The position numbers were made by a program, and so were the translations under genes. The notes beneath the pieces were generated by a model. It was not told the DNA's origin, did not search any database, and was given only the letters and a program-made list of their open reading frames with translations. Source: an uncultured bacterium (GTDB taxonomy: Bacteria; Verrucomicrobiota; Verrucomicrobiia; Verrucomicrobiales; V1-33). From it: DNA of 64,000 nucleotides. Positions within the stretch are counted from its first letter, which is position 1. The number at the start of each line of letters is the position of its first letter. The DNA lies in contig CAIZWU010000273.1 in assembly GCA_903936775.1 (NCBI GenBank), forward strand, positions 18,030 through 82,029, given 5' to 3'. Of the stretch, positions 43,401-52,337 are shown one piece after another.

Positions 43401-45499
43401 CACTGCCCGATCACCGGGTCATGCTGGACAGCGCCGAGGTTCCCCCGGACCGGGGATCCTGGTATGGCGGGCGATTGCGCGGATTTTTGGTCCCACCGGT
43501 TTCCGGCAAATACCAGGTGCTGGTTTCAGGGGACGATCAGGCCGCACTTTATGTCAGCAGCAGTGAAAGTAAATTTGAGCGCAAACTGATAACTCAAACC
43601 CCGTTCTGGACCGGCCAAAACGATTTCAAACGTTATCCCCAGCAATCAGCTCAAGTCAGCTTTGAAGCCGGGAAGTTATACTTCTTCGAGCTTTTGCACA
43701 AGCAGGGGGAGGGGCGTGATCACGCCGCCCTCGCATGGATTCCACCCGGAGCCGTGGCTCCGGAAATTCCCTCGGGAAAACTCATCGCCGCTTTCACCAC
43801 GGATCCCGCCGACCTTGATGATGATGAGCTTCCGGACTCCTGGGAGACCGCGTTTAAGCTGGACCCGCGGGACAACGGAAATGTGGAATACGCCAACGGA
43901 GCCTGGGGCGATCCGGACGGAGACAGCCTGCCCAATCTTACGGAATGGCGCCTGGGCACCAATCCCACCACCACCGACTCGGACGGGGATGGCTTGGATG
44001 ATGATTTTGAGTATTACATCACCGGCACCAACGCGGCGGTGAAGGATGGTTTGACACTTTTGCCAGCCGCCAGAGTCCCCGGAAGTTCCGCCGTGGTAAT
44101 AAAAGGGCGGGGGGCGGTGTCAGGGCAGGGCTTTACCGCCAGCACCCCCAGCGGTACCGTTGCGTTTCCCTTCAATCTGGAGACGGACGGCGTGGCTTAT
44201 TTCAAACTGTCAGCGGGCATCTATCCCTTTGCCGCCAAAACGCCGATGAGCCTGGTAATCAAAGCCGACGGCGTGGAGCTGGGATCCATTCCTCTGAATC
44301 AACTGGATGGCCCTCCCGGAAGTGCTTCCGGGAAATTGCCCTATCTTCCCAAAGGCGCTCATACGCTCGAAGCCTCGTGGGCCCTGCCGGAGCGGGACAA
44401 AACGATCAGCTTTGTGGAACTGGAAGTATTTCAGTCCCCGGCGGGCACGGCTCCGCCTCTGCGCGGGGACGATGCCGTCAACGCGGTCACTTCCACAGTG
44501 ACGGAATCCCTCACCTCCCCATTCTGCCTGGAAGGCACCGCCGCCTACGCAGGCTTGGTCCGGCTGGACAATGACGCCAAAGTCGTTCCGCTGCCCGACC
44601 GGGCCTGGTATGCGGATGTCCCTCTGCCGGAGGATGGCAAAGCCCTCACTGTGAACATTTCCTTTGAGAACGGCCTGAAAGCACAAACGACCGCCATCAC
44701 CTGGAAAGCCTGCAATGTTTTTGAAACCGGCAACCTGCTCATACGCGCCGGGGATGCCCTCCGGCTTACAGCCATTCCGGAAGGTGGGCTTCAAGCGGGG
44801 GCCAAAGTGAAGGTATTGGTGAATGGAGTGGCCTCTGCGGACACCACTCCGGAGGTTCCTGTGGAGCACGTCTTTTCCGAACCTGGAATTTATACGGTTA
44901 CCGCTGAAGTCAGTTTCGGCGATGGGACGCCACTTAAGCAGAGCATTGAAGTAAAAGCCGTGCGTGTGAATATCCCCGAGCCGCTGGTTTTTTATTCCGG
45001 CCAAAGCCGCACCGTGGCGCTGCCCGGTCTGTCGGAGGAGGCGGAGGCTTTTCCTGATCCTCTGATTTATTTCACGGAACACTCCGGAACAGCTCCCCGG
45101 ACGTTCACTCTTGGGGGTGGATTCAGAGGCGACGCTCTGATTGCGTTCCGGTTGCCGGGCCGGGGGCCTGTGCTTAAATCCGCCACCGTCCGCTCGGTGA
45201 TCCTGTTTTCCGATGTGGACACCTATTATTACACTGCGGAGACGCTTCCTGACGGCACCCGGATTGTCGAAATGGACGTGTTTATGCCGATCCGGACGCC
45301 GGGCTTAAAGCTAAGAGTGGATATCATAGTAGCCGGAGTGACTTTTGAGGATGGTTCCGTCACCAAATGGCTCACCGCGGAGGATTTTGATGACTCAGGT
45401 ATGGCCAAACTCCGCTTCGCGGTCTCCCCAGGCGTGGCCACCTCCTTCTGCCACCAGATGACCCTCATGGAGGGAGACACGGTTCTGGGCACGAGATAA
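40412..45499 (+). CDS. Giant secreted protein: N-terminal lectin-like region, 4 x [PA14 + DDDGLPDxWE calcium-type motif], C-terminal Ig/PKD-like region
   Basis: Signal peptide MRFRLPMNAVLIHTFLSTAVAALSVAQA (the track uses the GTG at 40403). There are four PA14-like units, each with Y(L/V)SRVRG...P(V)SG.Y.F...(G/A)DD.AELW(L)...G..YY.E.LHK.G.G.DH..(V)AW..PG. Thrombospondin-type-3-like motifs occur (DTDGDGVSD, DSDGDGLDDD) and a PKD-like VEHVFSEPGIYTVTAEVSFGDG. Confidence 0.85.
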   Translation: MRFRLPMNAVLIHTFLSTAVAALSVAQAVELPLNMDFTSGKDFWIGPLNGQQGWKTEQGTAQIQEEEGTFYLSIPPQEPSGQASVYFSPPPSPQPLFLDLEVRLGAGNGNAEFADANGSLAALVRVDSEGRLLARHQEESGGAEWLDTQVRLALDGTGTMRDWTRMTIRQDPLLGTWDLYVNGLMKAANFGSLPDERESTGYFTLLGDATHEVRLRRLAIADKNMLFPDADADGLPDAWQDKLSRRGRDEDPDVDGLTNLEEYVAGTNPRLPDTDGDGVSDAGELRAGTDPLKAQEQEPGGVVEDFWLADNSGLTTLPASLYDSRHGGLFSRPVSLRSALNRLDFQGVLDNHYVSRVRGLITAPVSGDYTFWVAGNDTAEFWLSGDDAPFLRKFIARSHAPSGCHAFDEFASQKSRQVRLEAGQSYYFEVLHRATNGQNHFSVAWQVPGQRREILGGKVLSAWTGDARDANDDGLPDEWQTANGLSVVTGKREAEADPDRDRLTNLEEYRYGTDPQKPDAAARRGLITRDVWFGMPGRYLFDAANGGSEFPRNPWWTEYLEEFEGPRDVGQDFLGRIRGAVIIPESGEYSFHIAADDQAELWLGKGPENSSKEKVATVPVYTAWHQWRAFPSQTSTPRVFEKGEVLYIEALHKQGLGDNHLSVAWTRPGRSAPEVISGENLVSWSSQPDDADDNGLPDEWEAQRGLRNQSAGGLNFRKSSAVGDADGDGVSNEAERLAGTNPMDVSAFPSTGLSWELWDGVPGNTLTGLEAIRAFPSGPSRRKALVNLDYAGVGTNYLSRVRGYVVPPVTGNYTFSLAGADNCEFWLSTDDSPFHKNRIAQVAVFTPWRHREWNSKQSSVLLPLEAGKKYYVEILHKKGAGPDHLSAGWNVPGMGQTILLGDFLVPYAGTPADQDDDGLPDDWETAHGLNSAVAAGADGAFGDPDHDLLNNYQEWRSGSDPQRADVAKIPGLALWELWESVPGITLDRLTGNPRFPALPDHRVMLDSAEVPPDRGSWYGGRLRGFLVPPVSGKYQVLVSGDDQAALYVSSSESKFERKLITQTPFWTGQNDFKRYPQQSAQVSFEAGKLYFFELLHKQGEGRDHAALAWIPPGAVAPEIPSGKLIAAFTTDPADLDDDELPDSWETAFKLDPRDNGNVEYANGAWGDPDGDSLPNLTEWRLGTNPTTTDSDGDGLDDDFEYYITGTNAAVKDGLTLLPAARVPGSSAVVIKGRGAVSGQGFTASTPSGTVAFPFNLETDGVAYFKLSAGIYPFAAKTPMSLVIKADGVELGSIPLNQLDGPPGSASGKLPYLPKGAHTLEASWALPERDKTISFVELEVFQSPAGTAPPLRGDDAVNAVTSTVTESLTSPFCLEGTAAYAGLVRLDNDAKVVPLPDRAWYADVPLPEDGKALTVNISFENGLKAQTTAITWKACNVFETGNLLIRAGDALRLTAIPEGGLQAGAKVKVLVNGVASADTTPEVPVEHVFSEPGIYTVTAEVSFGDGTPLKQSIEVKAVRVNIPEPLVFYSGQSRTVALPGLSEEAEAFPDPLIYFTEHSGTAPRTFTLGGGFRGDALIAFRLPGRGPVLKSATVRSVILFSDVDTYYYTAETLPDGTRIVEMDVFMPIRTPGLKLRVDIIVAGVTFEDGSVTKWLTAEDFDDSGMAKLRFAVSPGVATSFCHQMTLMEGDTVLGTR
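41300..43860 (+). repeat. Four tandem protein-level PA14 modules (intragenic repeat)
   Basis: Each unit ends with an acidic linker: DANDDGLPDEWQTANGL, DADDNGLPDEWEAQRGL, DQDDDGLPDDWETAHGL and DLDDDELPDSWETAFKL. The units are about 210-215 aa each and are divergent at the DNA level. Confidence 0.7.
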
Positions 45500-45519
45500 C
45501 TCCCACTTCGCGCTCCATC

Positions 45520-46362
45520 ATGACCCGCCGTCATTCCCGCTGGCTTGCCGCCTTTTCCGCCTGTGCGGTCATCCTGCCGGCCGGTGCCCGGCTGCGCGCG
45601 GCTCCTGCGGAACAGACCCAGCCATCCGCCATGGTGGCCCTGATCACCCAACTGGAGGGCAATGACACTTCCGCCCGGCGGAGACTGGAAATCCTCCACG
45701 GGCTCTCTCCCAACATTTCCTCCACCGATGCTGCCGCCCTGTTGGCCTTTGCAGTCCTCCCCAAACCGGACGGGCTACCTGAAGTATTTTGGCATGCTAT
45801 TTTCAACGATATTTTTGATCTCCTGCTAAGAATGAAGAATCTTCCCGGGGGGACAGACCGCGAGCTGATCCGGGCTGCTGCTGAAAACCCCGATCCGGTG
45901 CTCAGAGATTATGCCTTGCAGAAATTGGGTCATTTGATGCGGCGGTCGTCTCTTCCCGATGCGCTTCGAGCCAATGCGCTGGAAGCGGTCAAGAATTCGG
46001 CCGGGACGGCCGGACGGAATATGCAGGGGACAGCCTTGCTGACTTGGCAACGGTTGGAAACGGGGCCCGCCAGCTCCGAATTCAGAAAAGCAGTCATGGC
46101 CTGTCTTCAGTCCTCCGAGGCCACAGAACCCGCCCGCACCGCTGCCTTCCAGGCTGGCAGCGCCGCCGGGATGCGGGAGACAGCTCCCGCCGCCAGACAG
46201 GCGCTCCAAAATCCCCGCTCCGTCACGCCGCTCAAACTCAGCGCCATGGCAGCACTGGCAGTCGCAGGCACCAAGGAAGATGCCGCTCTGCTGAGGAGTT
46301 TTCTGTCGGACAACACCTGCCGCCCCGCCGCCCAAGCCGCTCTTTCCAAACTCGGTCTCTAA
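45520..46362 (+). CDS. Secreted HEAT/ARM-like repeat protein
   Basis: Signal-like N-terminus RWLAAFSACAVILPAGARLRAAPA. Repeated helical hairpins with the HEAT flavour (DPVLRDYALQKLGHL..., PDALRANALEAVKNS..., EPARTAAFQAGSAAG..., PLKLSAMAALAVAG). Confidence 0.5.
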   Translation: MTRRHSRWLAAFSACAVILPAGARLRAAPAEQTQPSAMVALITQLEGNDTSARRRLEILHGLSPNISSTDAAALLAFAVLPKPDGLPEVFWHAIFNDIFDLLLRMKNLPGGTDRELIRAAAENPDPVLRDYALQKLGHLMRRSSLPDALRANALEAVKNSAGTAGRNMQGTALLTWQRLETGPASSEFRKAVMACLQSSEATEPARTAAFQAGSAAGMRETAPAARQALQNPRSVTPLKLSAMAALAVAGTKEDAALLRSFLSDNTCRPAAQAALSKLGL

Positions 46363-46371
46363 TTAATTCCC

Positions 46372-49300
46372 ATGATATTCAAGCTTCCCGCCTCCGCCGC
46401 TCTCGCCTTGGCTTTTGTGACCGGCAGCAGTTCCACTCTCCATGCCGCCAATCCCCCTATTCCGATTCCACTGGGCAAAGTTATGCAGTCGATTGCCATC
46501 GGCGGCAATGCTCCCCCGCCCGTCCGGCCCTGTTGGAACACTTCCGGTAAGATACCCGTGCTCCTCTGGCCGGGAGCCCCGCCTGGAGCCATCTGGTTTG
46601 GTCCCATTCCCGTCTGCGCCAAACCAACCCCAAAAACTGGGCCTAAATCTTCCGGCGCCAAATCGGGCCAGATACCGGAACCCCCCATTGCGGACGGTCC
46701 ATCGGGAAATCGCGCCTGTCCCGGCCACGTGGATGGTTACCAGTGCGCAGGGGATTCAGGGAGCGGACCAGGCATTGGCGGCTCCCTCCGCGAAAGAGCA
46801 TTTATCGATATCGCGCCCAATCAGCCGGGCCTCGGCATCGGCGAACTGACTTATTATGTGGAGGAACCCAAACTGAACTTCGGCTCACCGGAGCACTTGG
46901 CCTTTAACAGCATCCTGAACATGGAGGCACACTACGCTGTTGTGACCCCTGGTTTCAGCCGCTATACCATTTTCCAGCCGGATGGCTCCAGCATCCTCTT
47001 CAACCTCTCGGACACCATACCTCCCAGCAAACCCTATGCGAAGGGGCTCCCGGCACTCTCCGCTGATGCCTCCAGCCAGGCGGGGGTGACTTGGACCAAT
47101 TCCTCTGGTGCTTTTGTTAATAAACCAGCGCTTCCGGCGACTTTAGGAGACCGTCTAAGCCAGTTTGTTCCGGGCTACGGATGGGTTCATTTTCCAATCA
47201 CTGGCGGCTTGGCCAACGGTTTCACCACCATTACCGGCCGGGTATATGATTGGTCGGCCAGCAGCTTGTCGGCAGTAATGGGCGTGGAAATCATCCGCAA
47301 ACTGCCCGGCAGCGGTTACGGAGTTAACGGGCTGCGCGATTCCGGCTTCCTCCGCCAGATTAAAACACCGGCGGGGCTCTTGGATGTGGTGCCGCTCACC
47401 AGTCGCAGCTTCATCATCAGTCAGTATGCGGCTTCACAGGTGGGGCTAAAATCGGGCGATCTTTACGCCGTGACCGGCAATGCTGTTTTCAGCATCAAAT
47501 TTGAGGCTCCTTCCTCTCCTGGCCTGTTGACCACCACCCGATCGCTCGGGACCGAGAAATACACCACCAACCACACCGTCAGCATTTCAGGGACTGCCTC
47601 CACTTGGACTCAGATGCATACCAACGGCCCCTTCCAGTTTCGCAGAATTCTCAACACCCCCACTTACGGAAGCACCCGTAACTCTACTTGGAAGGCCAAG
47701 CTGCTGGCCGCGCCCGGAATGACCATTTCCCCAACCGGTCCAGATGACTACACCCTGACAAATATCAGTCAGGATTTTTTCCCCACCAGCTCCGTGCAGA
47801 CCTTCAACTGGAGTGGTTCCCCCATCATTACTACGCGCTCCCAGACTTTTCCATCCGTCGTGGGGCTGACGGGCACCACCACGGATACCACCACCGGGGT
47901 CAACACGAGTTCCACCTACGACACGGACAAACGACTGACGCAAACCACCGTGAACACACCGGTGCCGTCCGGCGGAGGCTCGACCCCGTCCTCCTCGACC
48001 CAGGATTACGGTTACACCCTCACCGCCGACGAGCCAAATCAACCCTTTGATTTCCGTCCCCGCAGCAGCACCGTCAAATATGGCAGTGACATCATCCAGC
48101 AGGAATACTTCGCCTATCCCATAGTCAGCGGAGAGTATGTGGAAATCCATGAAATATCCGTCACTCCTGGCGCGGCCTTCGGATCCGGAGGCCTGCGCAC
48201 GGTATCTACTTACTATGGGACTGGAACCAACAAAGGCCGCCCGCGCCAGCATCGCGCCACGGATGGCACCCTGACCACCTACACGTTTGCCGACCAGGCC
48301 GGCGGGGAACTCCTGGCGACCGTGACGGCAAATCTTACGGCGGCGGGACTGCCCGTAAGCGGCTCCTCCACCCGCACCATAGTAATGCTGGATGTGCGCG
48401 GGCTTCCCACCAAAATCACCAATGCCTGCTATCTGAACACTGGAGCTTGGAAGGATTTTGAAGAATTCAACTGCACCTGGGACACCACCGGCAACCCGAA
48501 GACCACAGAACGCAAAGACCTCATCTCCACCCAGGTCCGCGTTCTGGAGGAGCGGGAGTGGGACGGCGTCCGGCTCACTAAGCTCACGGATGAACAGGGA
48601 GTGGTCACCGAATACGAATACTACCCCGAGACCGTTATCCCTTGGAAGGTCTTCCGCAAAAGCGTAGCCGCCAGCGGGAGCTACCCCGCGCAGGAGGAAA
48701 TTCTGACCACCTTCACGGGCACCTACACCATGGATGCCCAGCAGCTTCCGCTGCGCACGGAGACGATTGCCACCACCACCCCCGGTTCCGGAGGCCCCGG
48801 TCTGACCCTCACCGAAAGTTCAATCAAGGATCCCTTGGGTCGGTCTGTTTCCAGTAAGGATACCGATGGCAACACCACCTCATGGACTTATTCCTCCGAC
48901 CGCTCCACCGTCACCACCACTCTTCCCAACGACGGCACCAAAGTCGAAGTCAGTGCACCCAACGGGGATTTGCTACGGATAACAGGCACTGCCGTCGTTC
49001 CGGCCTATTATTATCGTGCTGCTATTTCCGGCGGTGGCACCACGGACACTGTTTACACTGGCGTGGATTCCTCGGTGGGCGGCACCCGCTACGAAACAAC
49101 GGAGCGGGATATCGCAAGGCGCACCGTCAAGGTGAAAACCCCTACTTATAGCGGTGGCACCGCGGAGACGGTGAACGCTTACAATTCCCTGGGGCAACTT
49201 ACCTTGGTCACCGCGACCGGTCAGCCCGCCACAATTTATGAATATGACAGCACCGGAGATTTGTTCCGCACCACCGTGAGCGGGGATAACGCAACTTCTA

Positions 49301-52017
49301 CCCTGACCTCCTCCACCGACCGCATTACGGAAACTTCCACCACCGCCCAGATCCTCACCATCAACCCTTGGCGGGTCACCACCACCGAAGTTTATGCCGT
49401 TGGGGGCAGCAGCACCAAAACTCTGGCCGGGACCTCCCGCACTCAGCTCGCGGGATTCACGGGCTATCAGACCTCCGCCAACGAACGGCTGGACCCTTCC
49501 GGCAATATCACCCGGAATTCGGTGACGGTGGAGCGCGGAGCCAAACTGGCCGTTTCCACTCTCGTCCGTCCGGGTGCCAGCAACAACGCCACTTCCACAA
49601 CTTATTACGGCCTGCTGCAGCGGCAGCATGAATCCGGCTCCAGCGGCGATATCGTTTACGGTTACGACACCCTGGCCCGGTCCACCTCCGTCAAACAGCC
49701 CCGTCACGCCAATGCGGCAGCGACGGTTTATGAAGCCAATAAATCCCGTGTTGCTTCCAAGGCGGACGCTGCGGGAAATTCCACCTCCTACACTTACGGA
49801 CCTTCAGAGTCAGGGGCCGGAACAGGATTGGTCACCGTCATCACCGCTCCCGACAGTACCACCACCACGTCTTTCGGCTACGATCTGCTGAACCGCCGCA
49901 CTCTTGTGTCCGGCACCGGCACTTACCCCGTGGGTTACGAATACACCGCCTACGGCGAACTTTGGAAAATGAAAACCTGGCAGAGCGGCACTCCCCCCAT
50001 GGGGGGCGATGAAACCACTTGGGGTTATCAAGCTTCCACCGGTCTACTGGTGAGCAAAACCGACGCCGCAGCGAAAACCGTGGGCTACACCTATGACAAC
50101 GCCGGGCGTCCGCTCACCCGATCCTGGCACCGGGGGGTTTCCTCCACCTATTCTTATAATTCCTTTGGACAAATTTGGGAGAGCACTCATTCGGATGGCG
50201 GGATCACTCCCGGGAGCACCTTCATTTACGACCGCCTTGGACGTCCCGCCACCACCACCCAGGTCGGCGGGCATTCCTGGGCCTATACCTACGATGCCTC
50301 CACTCTCCGCCCTGACACCGAAACCATCACCTACAACACCGGCGCCAGCACTTTGACCCGCGTGATCGACCGCAGTTTTGACAGCCTGCTGCGACCCACC
50401 GGGTGGCAGCTCAAAAACGGCGGCACCAGCGAGTATGATTTCACTCGCACCTACGAATCGGCCGCCTCACGTCCTTACAGCTTCACCGGCGGAGGTTCGT
50501 TTTTCAGCGGTTCGGGCCCCTCGTTCAGTTATGCCTACATGTCCGCCGCTCCCAGCCTCGTTCAGGGCATCACCAGCGGGGCCACCGTCAGCACCTACAA
50601 TGCCTGGGAAACCAACCGCGATGTGCTGGACTACAAGCAGAATACTTTTGGCGCTTCCATCATTTCAAAGTATGATTACGCCGTAAACAACATGGGCCGC
50701 CGCAGCGGATTGGCCGAGACCGGCAGCGCCTACGCCAGTTCCCCCTCCGTCGAGTGGGGGTATAATTCCCGCGGGGAAGTCACTCTGCACGACCACACCA
50801 CTGCCGCCTATGAGTCGGTTTATGAATACGACACCATCGGAAACCGCACCAAGGCGGCAGGCGGCACCACCCTCCCTGGCAGCCCCAATCACGCGGTCAA
50901 TACCCTCAACCAATACACCTCCATCGGCGGCGTCAGCCCCGGCTACGATGATGACGGCAACCTGACCAGCGATGCCGGCGGCAACACCCACGGATCCGCC
51001 CGGACCTATCAATGGGATGCGGAAAACCAGCTCCGCCAGGTCAACTTTGGATTGGTCGCCGCCTACCGTTATGACCCGCACGGCCGCCGGATTTCCAAAA
51101 CGGCCGGTGGCGTCACCACATGGTTCATCTACGACGGCTGGAATCTGGTCGCGGAATACCAGGGCAGCGCTTTGACCCGCACCCACCTTTGGGGACTGGA
51201 TCTCAGTGGAACAACGCAAGGGGCAGGGGGCGTCGGTGGCCTTCTCTGCACCAGCATAGGCGGCACCAAATATTACCCGCTCTACGACGGCAACGGGAAC
51301 ATATGCCAGTATATTGATGGGTCCGGCGGCATCGCCGCCCAATATGAATACAGTCCGTTCGGCCACCTGCTCAACCCACCGGCCTCCGGCTCCATTCCCG
51401 CCTCGCTCAACTTCCGGTTCTCCACCAAGTTCAATGATTCCGAGACGGACTTTTATTACTATGGGTATCGGTATTATTCCTCTTGGATGGCAAGATGGTT
51501 GAATCGTGATCCAATTGAAGAAAGCGGAGGTTCTAATCTTTACGTAATGATTATGAATGACGCCGTCGATTTAGTTGACGTGCTAGGTCAGCAAATGTTC
51601 AATCCGTCAGGAATTAACCTTGCCCCTGCATATTCCAAAGAAGCGGCAGCCGCGGCATACCGCAAAGCAGCAACACCCGCCAAAAAACCTGGAGGATGCG
51701 GCTCCTCTACCGATACATGGGGAGGTGATTGGATGGTTCCAGATAAGCCATTCGGATATGACTTCTACTCCGCGTGCGAAACTCACGACAAGTGTTATGA
51801 AACTTGCGGTGCCCGTCAAGCAGATTGCGAAAATAATTTTCTTAAAGATATGTTGGCTTCATGTCCTGATCATCGCTTATTTGAAATGGTGACCAGGTCT
51901 ATGCACCCCGGCACCAGACTGTGTCAGGCGCTAGCAAAAACATATCATTCCGCAGTGGCTGGAGGCGGAAAAGCTTCGTTCGCTGCTGCTCAAAAATCAG
52001 CCGGATGCTGTCCGTAA
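46372..52017 (+). CDS. RHS/YD-repeat polymorphic toxin with Sec signal and PLA2-like C-terminal domain
   Basis: Signal peptide MIFKLPASAALALAFVTGSSSTLHA. Dozens of YD-type repeats (YTYD.aGRp, Y.YD..G.L). Core terminus RYDPHGRR...YYGYRYYSSWMARWLNRDPIEESGGSNLYVMIMNDAVDLVDVLG, the RHS cap cleavage-type motif, followed by a distinct 140-aa tail. Confidence 0.9.
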   Translation: MIFKLPASAALALAFVTGSSSTLHAANPPIPIPLGKVMQSIAIGGNAPPPVRPCWNTSGKIPVLLWPGAPPGAIWFGPIPVCAKPTPKTGPKSSGAKSGQIPEPPIADGPSGNRACPGHVDGYQCAGDSGSGPGIGGSLRERAFIDIAPNQPGLGIGELTYYVEEPKLNFGSPEHLAFNSILNMEAHYAVVTPGFSRYTIFQPDGSSILFNLSDTIPPSKPYAKGLPALSADASSQAGVTWTNSSGAFVNKPALPATLGDRLSQFVPGYGWVHFPITGGLANGFTTITGRVYDWSASSLSAVMGVEIIRKLPGSGYGVNGLRDSGFLRQIKTPAGLLDVVPLTSRSFIISQYAASQVGLKSGDLYAVTGNAVFSIKFEAPSSPGLLTTTRSLGTEKYTTNHTVSISGTASTWTQMHTNGPFQFRRILNTPTYGSTRNSTWKAKLLAAPGMTISPTGPDDYTLTNISQDFFPTSSVQTFNWSGSPIITTRSQTFPSVVGLTGTTTDTTTGVNTSSTYDTDKRLTQTTVNTPVPSGGGSTPSSSTQDYGYTLTADEPNQPFDFRPRSSTVKYGSDIIQQEYFAYPIVSGEYVEIHEISVTPGAAFGSGGLRTVSTYYGTGTNKGRPRQHRATDGTLTTYTFADQAGGELLATVTANLTAAGLPVSGSSTRTIVMLDVRGLPTKITNACYLNTGAWKDFEEFNCTWDTTGNPKTTERKDLISTQVRVLEEREWDGVRLTKLTDEQGVVTEYEYYPETVIPWKVFRKSVAASGSYPAQEEILTTFTGTYTMDAQQLPLRTETIATTTPGSGGPGLTLTESSIKDPLGRSVSSKDTDGNTTSWTYSSDRSTVTTTLPNDGTKVEVSAPNGDLLRITGTAVVPAYYYRAAISGGGTTDTVYTGVDSSVGGTRYETTERDIARRTVKVKTPTYSGGTAETVNAYNSLGQLTLVTATGQPATIYEYDSTGDLFRTTVSGDNATSTLTSSTDRITETSTTAQILTINPWRVTTTEVYAVGGSSTKTLAGTSRTQLAGFTGYQTSANERLDPSGNITRNSVTVERGAKLAVSTLVRPGASNNATSTTYYGLLQRQHESGSSGDIVYGYDTLARSTSVKQPRHANAAATVYEANKSRVASKADAAGNSTSYTYGPSESGAGTGLVTVITAPDSTTTTSFGYDLLNRRTLVSGTGTYPVGYEYTAYGELWKMKTWQSGTPPMGGDETTWGYQASTGLLVSKTDAAAKTVGYTYDNAGRPLTRSWHRGVSSTYSYNSFGQIWESTHSDGGITPGSTFIYDRLGRPATTTQVGGHSWAYTYDASTLRPDTETITYNTGASTLTRVIDRSFDSLLRPTGWQLKNGGTSEYDFTRTYESAASRPYSFTGGGSFFSGSGPSFSYAYMSAAPSLVQGITSGATVSTYNAWETNRDVLDYKQNTFGASIISKYDYAVNNMGRRSGLAETGSAYASSPSVEWGYNSRGEVTLHDHTTAAYESVYEYDTIGNRTKAAGGTTLPGSPNHAVNTLNQYTSIGGVSPGYDDDGNLTSDAGGNTHGSARTYQWDAENQLRQVNFGLVAAYRYDPHGRRISKTAGGVTTWFIYDGWNLVAEYQGSALTRTHLWGLDLSGTTQGAGGVGGLLCTSIGGTKYYPLYDGNGNICQYIDGSGGIAAQYEYSPFGHLLNPPASGSIPASLNFRFSTKFNDSETDFYYYGYRYYSSWMARWLNRDPIEESGGSNLYVMIMNDAVDLVDVLGQQMFNPSGINLAPAYSKEAAAAAYRKAATPAKKPGGCGSSTDTWGGDWMVPDKPFGYDFYSACETHDKCYETCGARQADCENNFLKDMLASCPDHRLFEMVTRSMHPGTRLCQALAKTYHSAVAGGGKASFAAAQKSAGCCP
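51589..52017 (+). other. C-terminal toxin domain of the RHS protein: phospholipase A2-like (group III/bee-venom-type motifs)
   Basis: YSACETHDKCYETCG (C-x-T-H-D-x-C) and DCENNFLKDMLASC, comparable to bee-venom PLA2 ACCRTHDMCP ... CDCDDKFYDCL. There are 9 Cys in about 140 aa. GC content drops: my hand count of line 51541-51600 is 25/60. Confidence 0.5.
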
Positions 52018-52018
52018 T

Positions 52019-52279
52019 ATGATGCTAACTTTCATTGGGATATCAATTATTTGGTGCGTGGTCTTCTTTTTTCTTGTGAAGAAGTGGAAGCCTGGATTTC
52101 TAATCGTATTTGTCGGCGCATCGTGTAGTGGAATATTATTAATGATTTTAATTACTTGTGCCGTTTTGCTATTTCGGCAGGTAAATGGATGGGAATGGAT
52201 TGGGGTTGCATTCCTATCAGGATATCACACATGTATTTGTGCAGCTACGACATTATTTATAAAAGCAACATCATCTTAA
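52019..52279 (+). CDS. Small polytopic membrane protein (cognate immunity candidate)
   Basis: 86 aa with 3 hydrophobic segments. It starts 1 nt after the RHS stop. It has the same low-GC composition as the toxin tail (line 52081-52140 hand count 25/60). Confidence 0.5.
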   Translation: MMLTFIGISIIWCVVFFFLVKKWKPGFLIVFVGASCSGILLMILITCAVLLFRQVNGWEWIGVAFLSGYHTCICAATTLFIKATSS

Positions 52280-52337
52280 TGATTCGTATCCGTCAAGCGT
52301 AGCCCTGTTGATCCGTGTTTGACTGGAAGGGGGTTTT

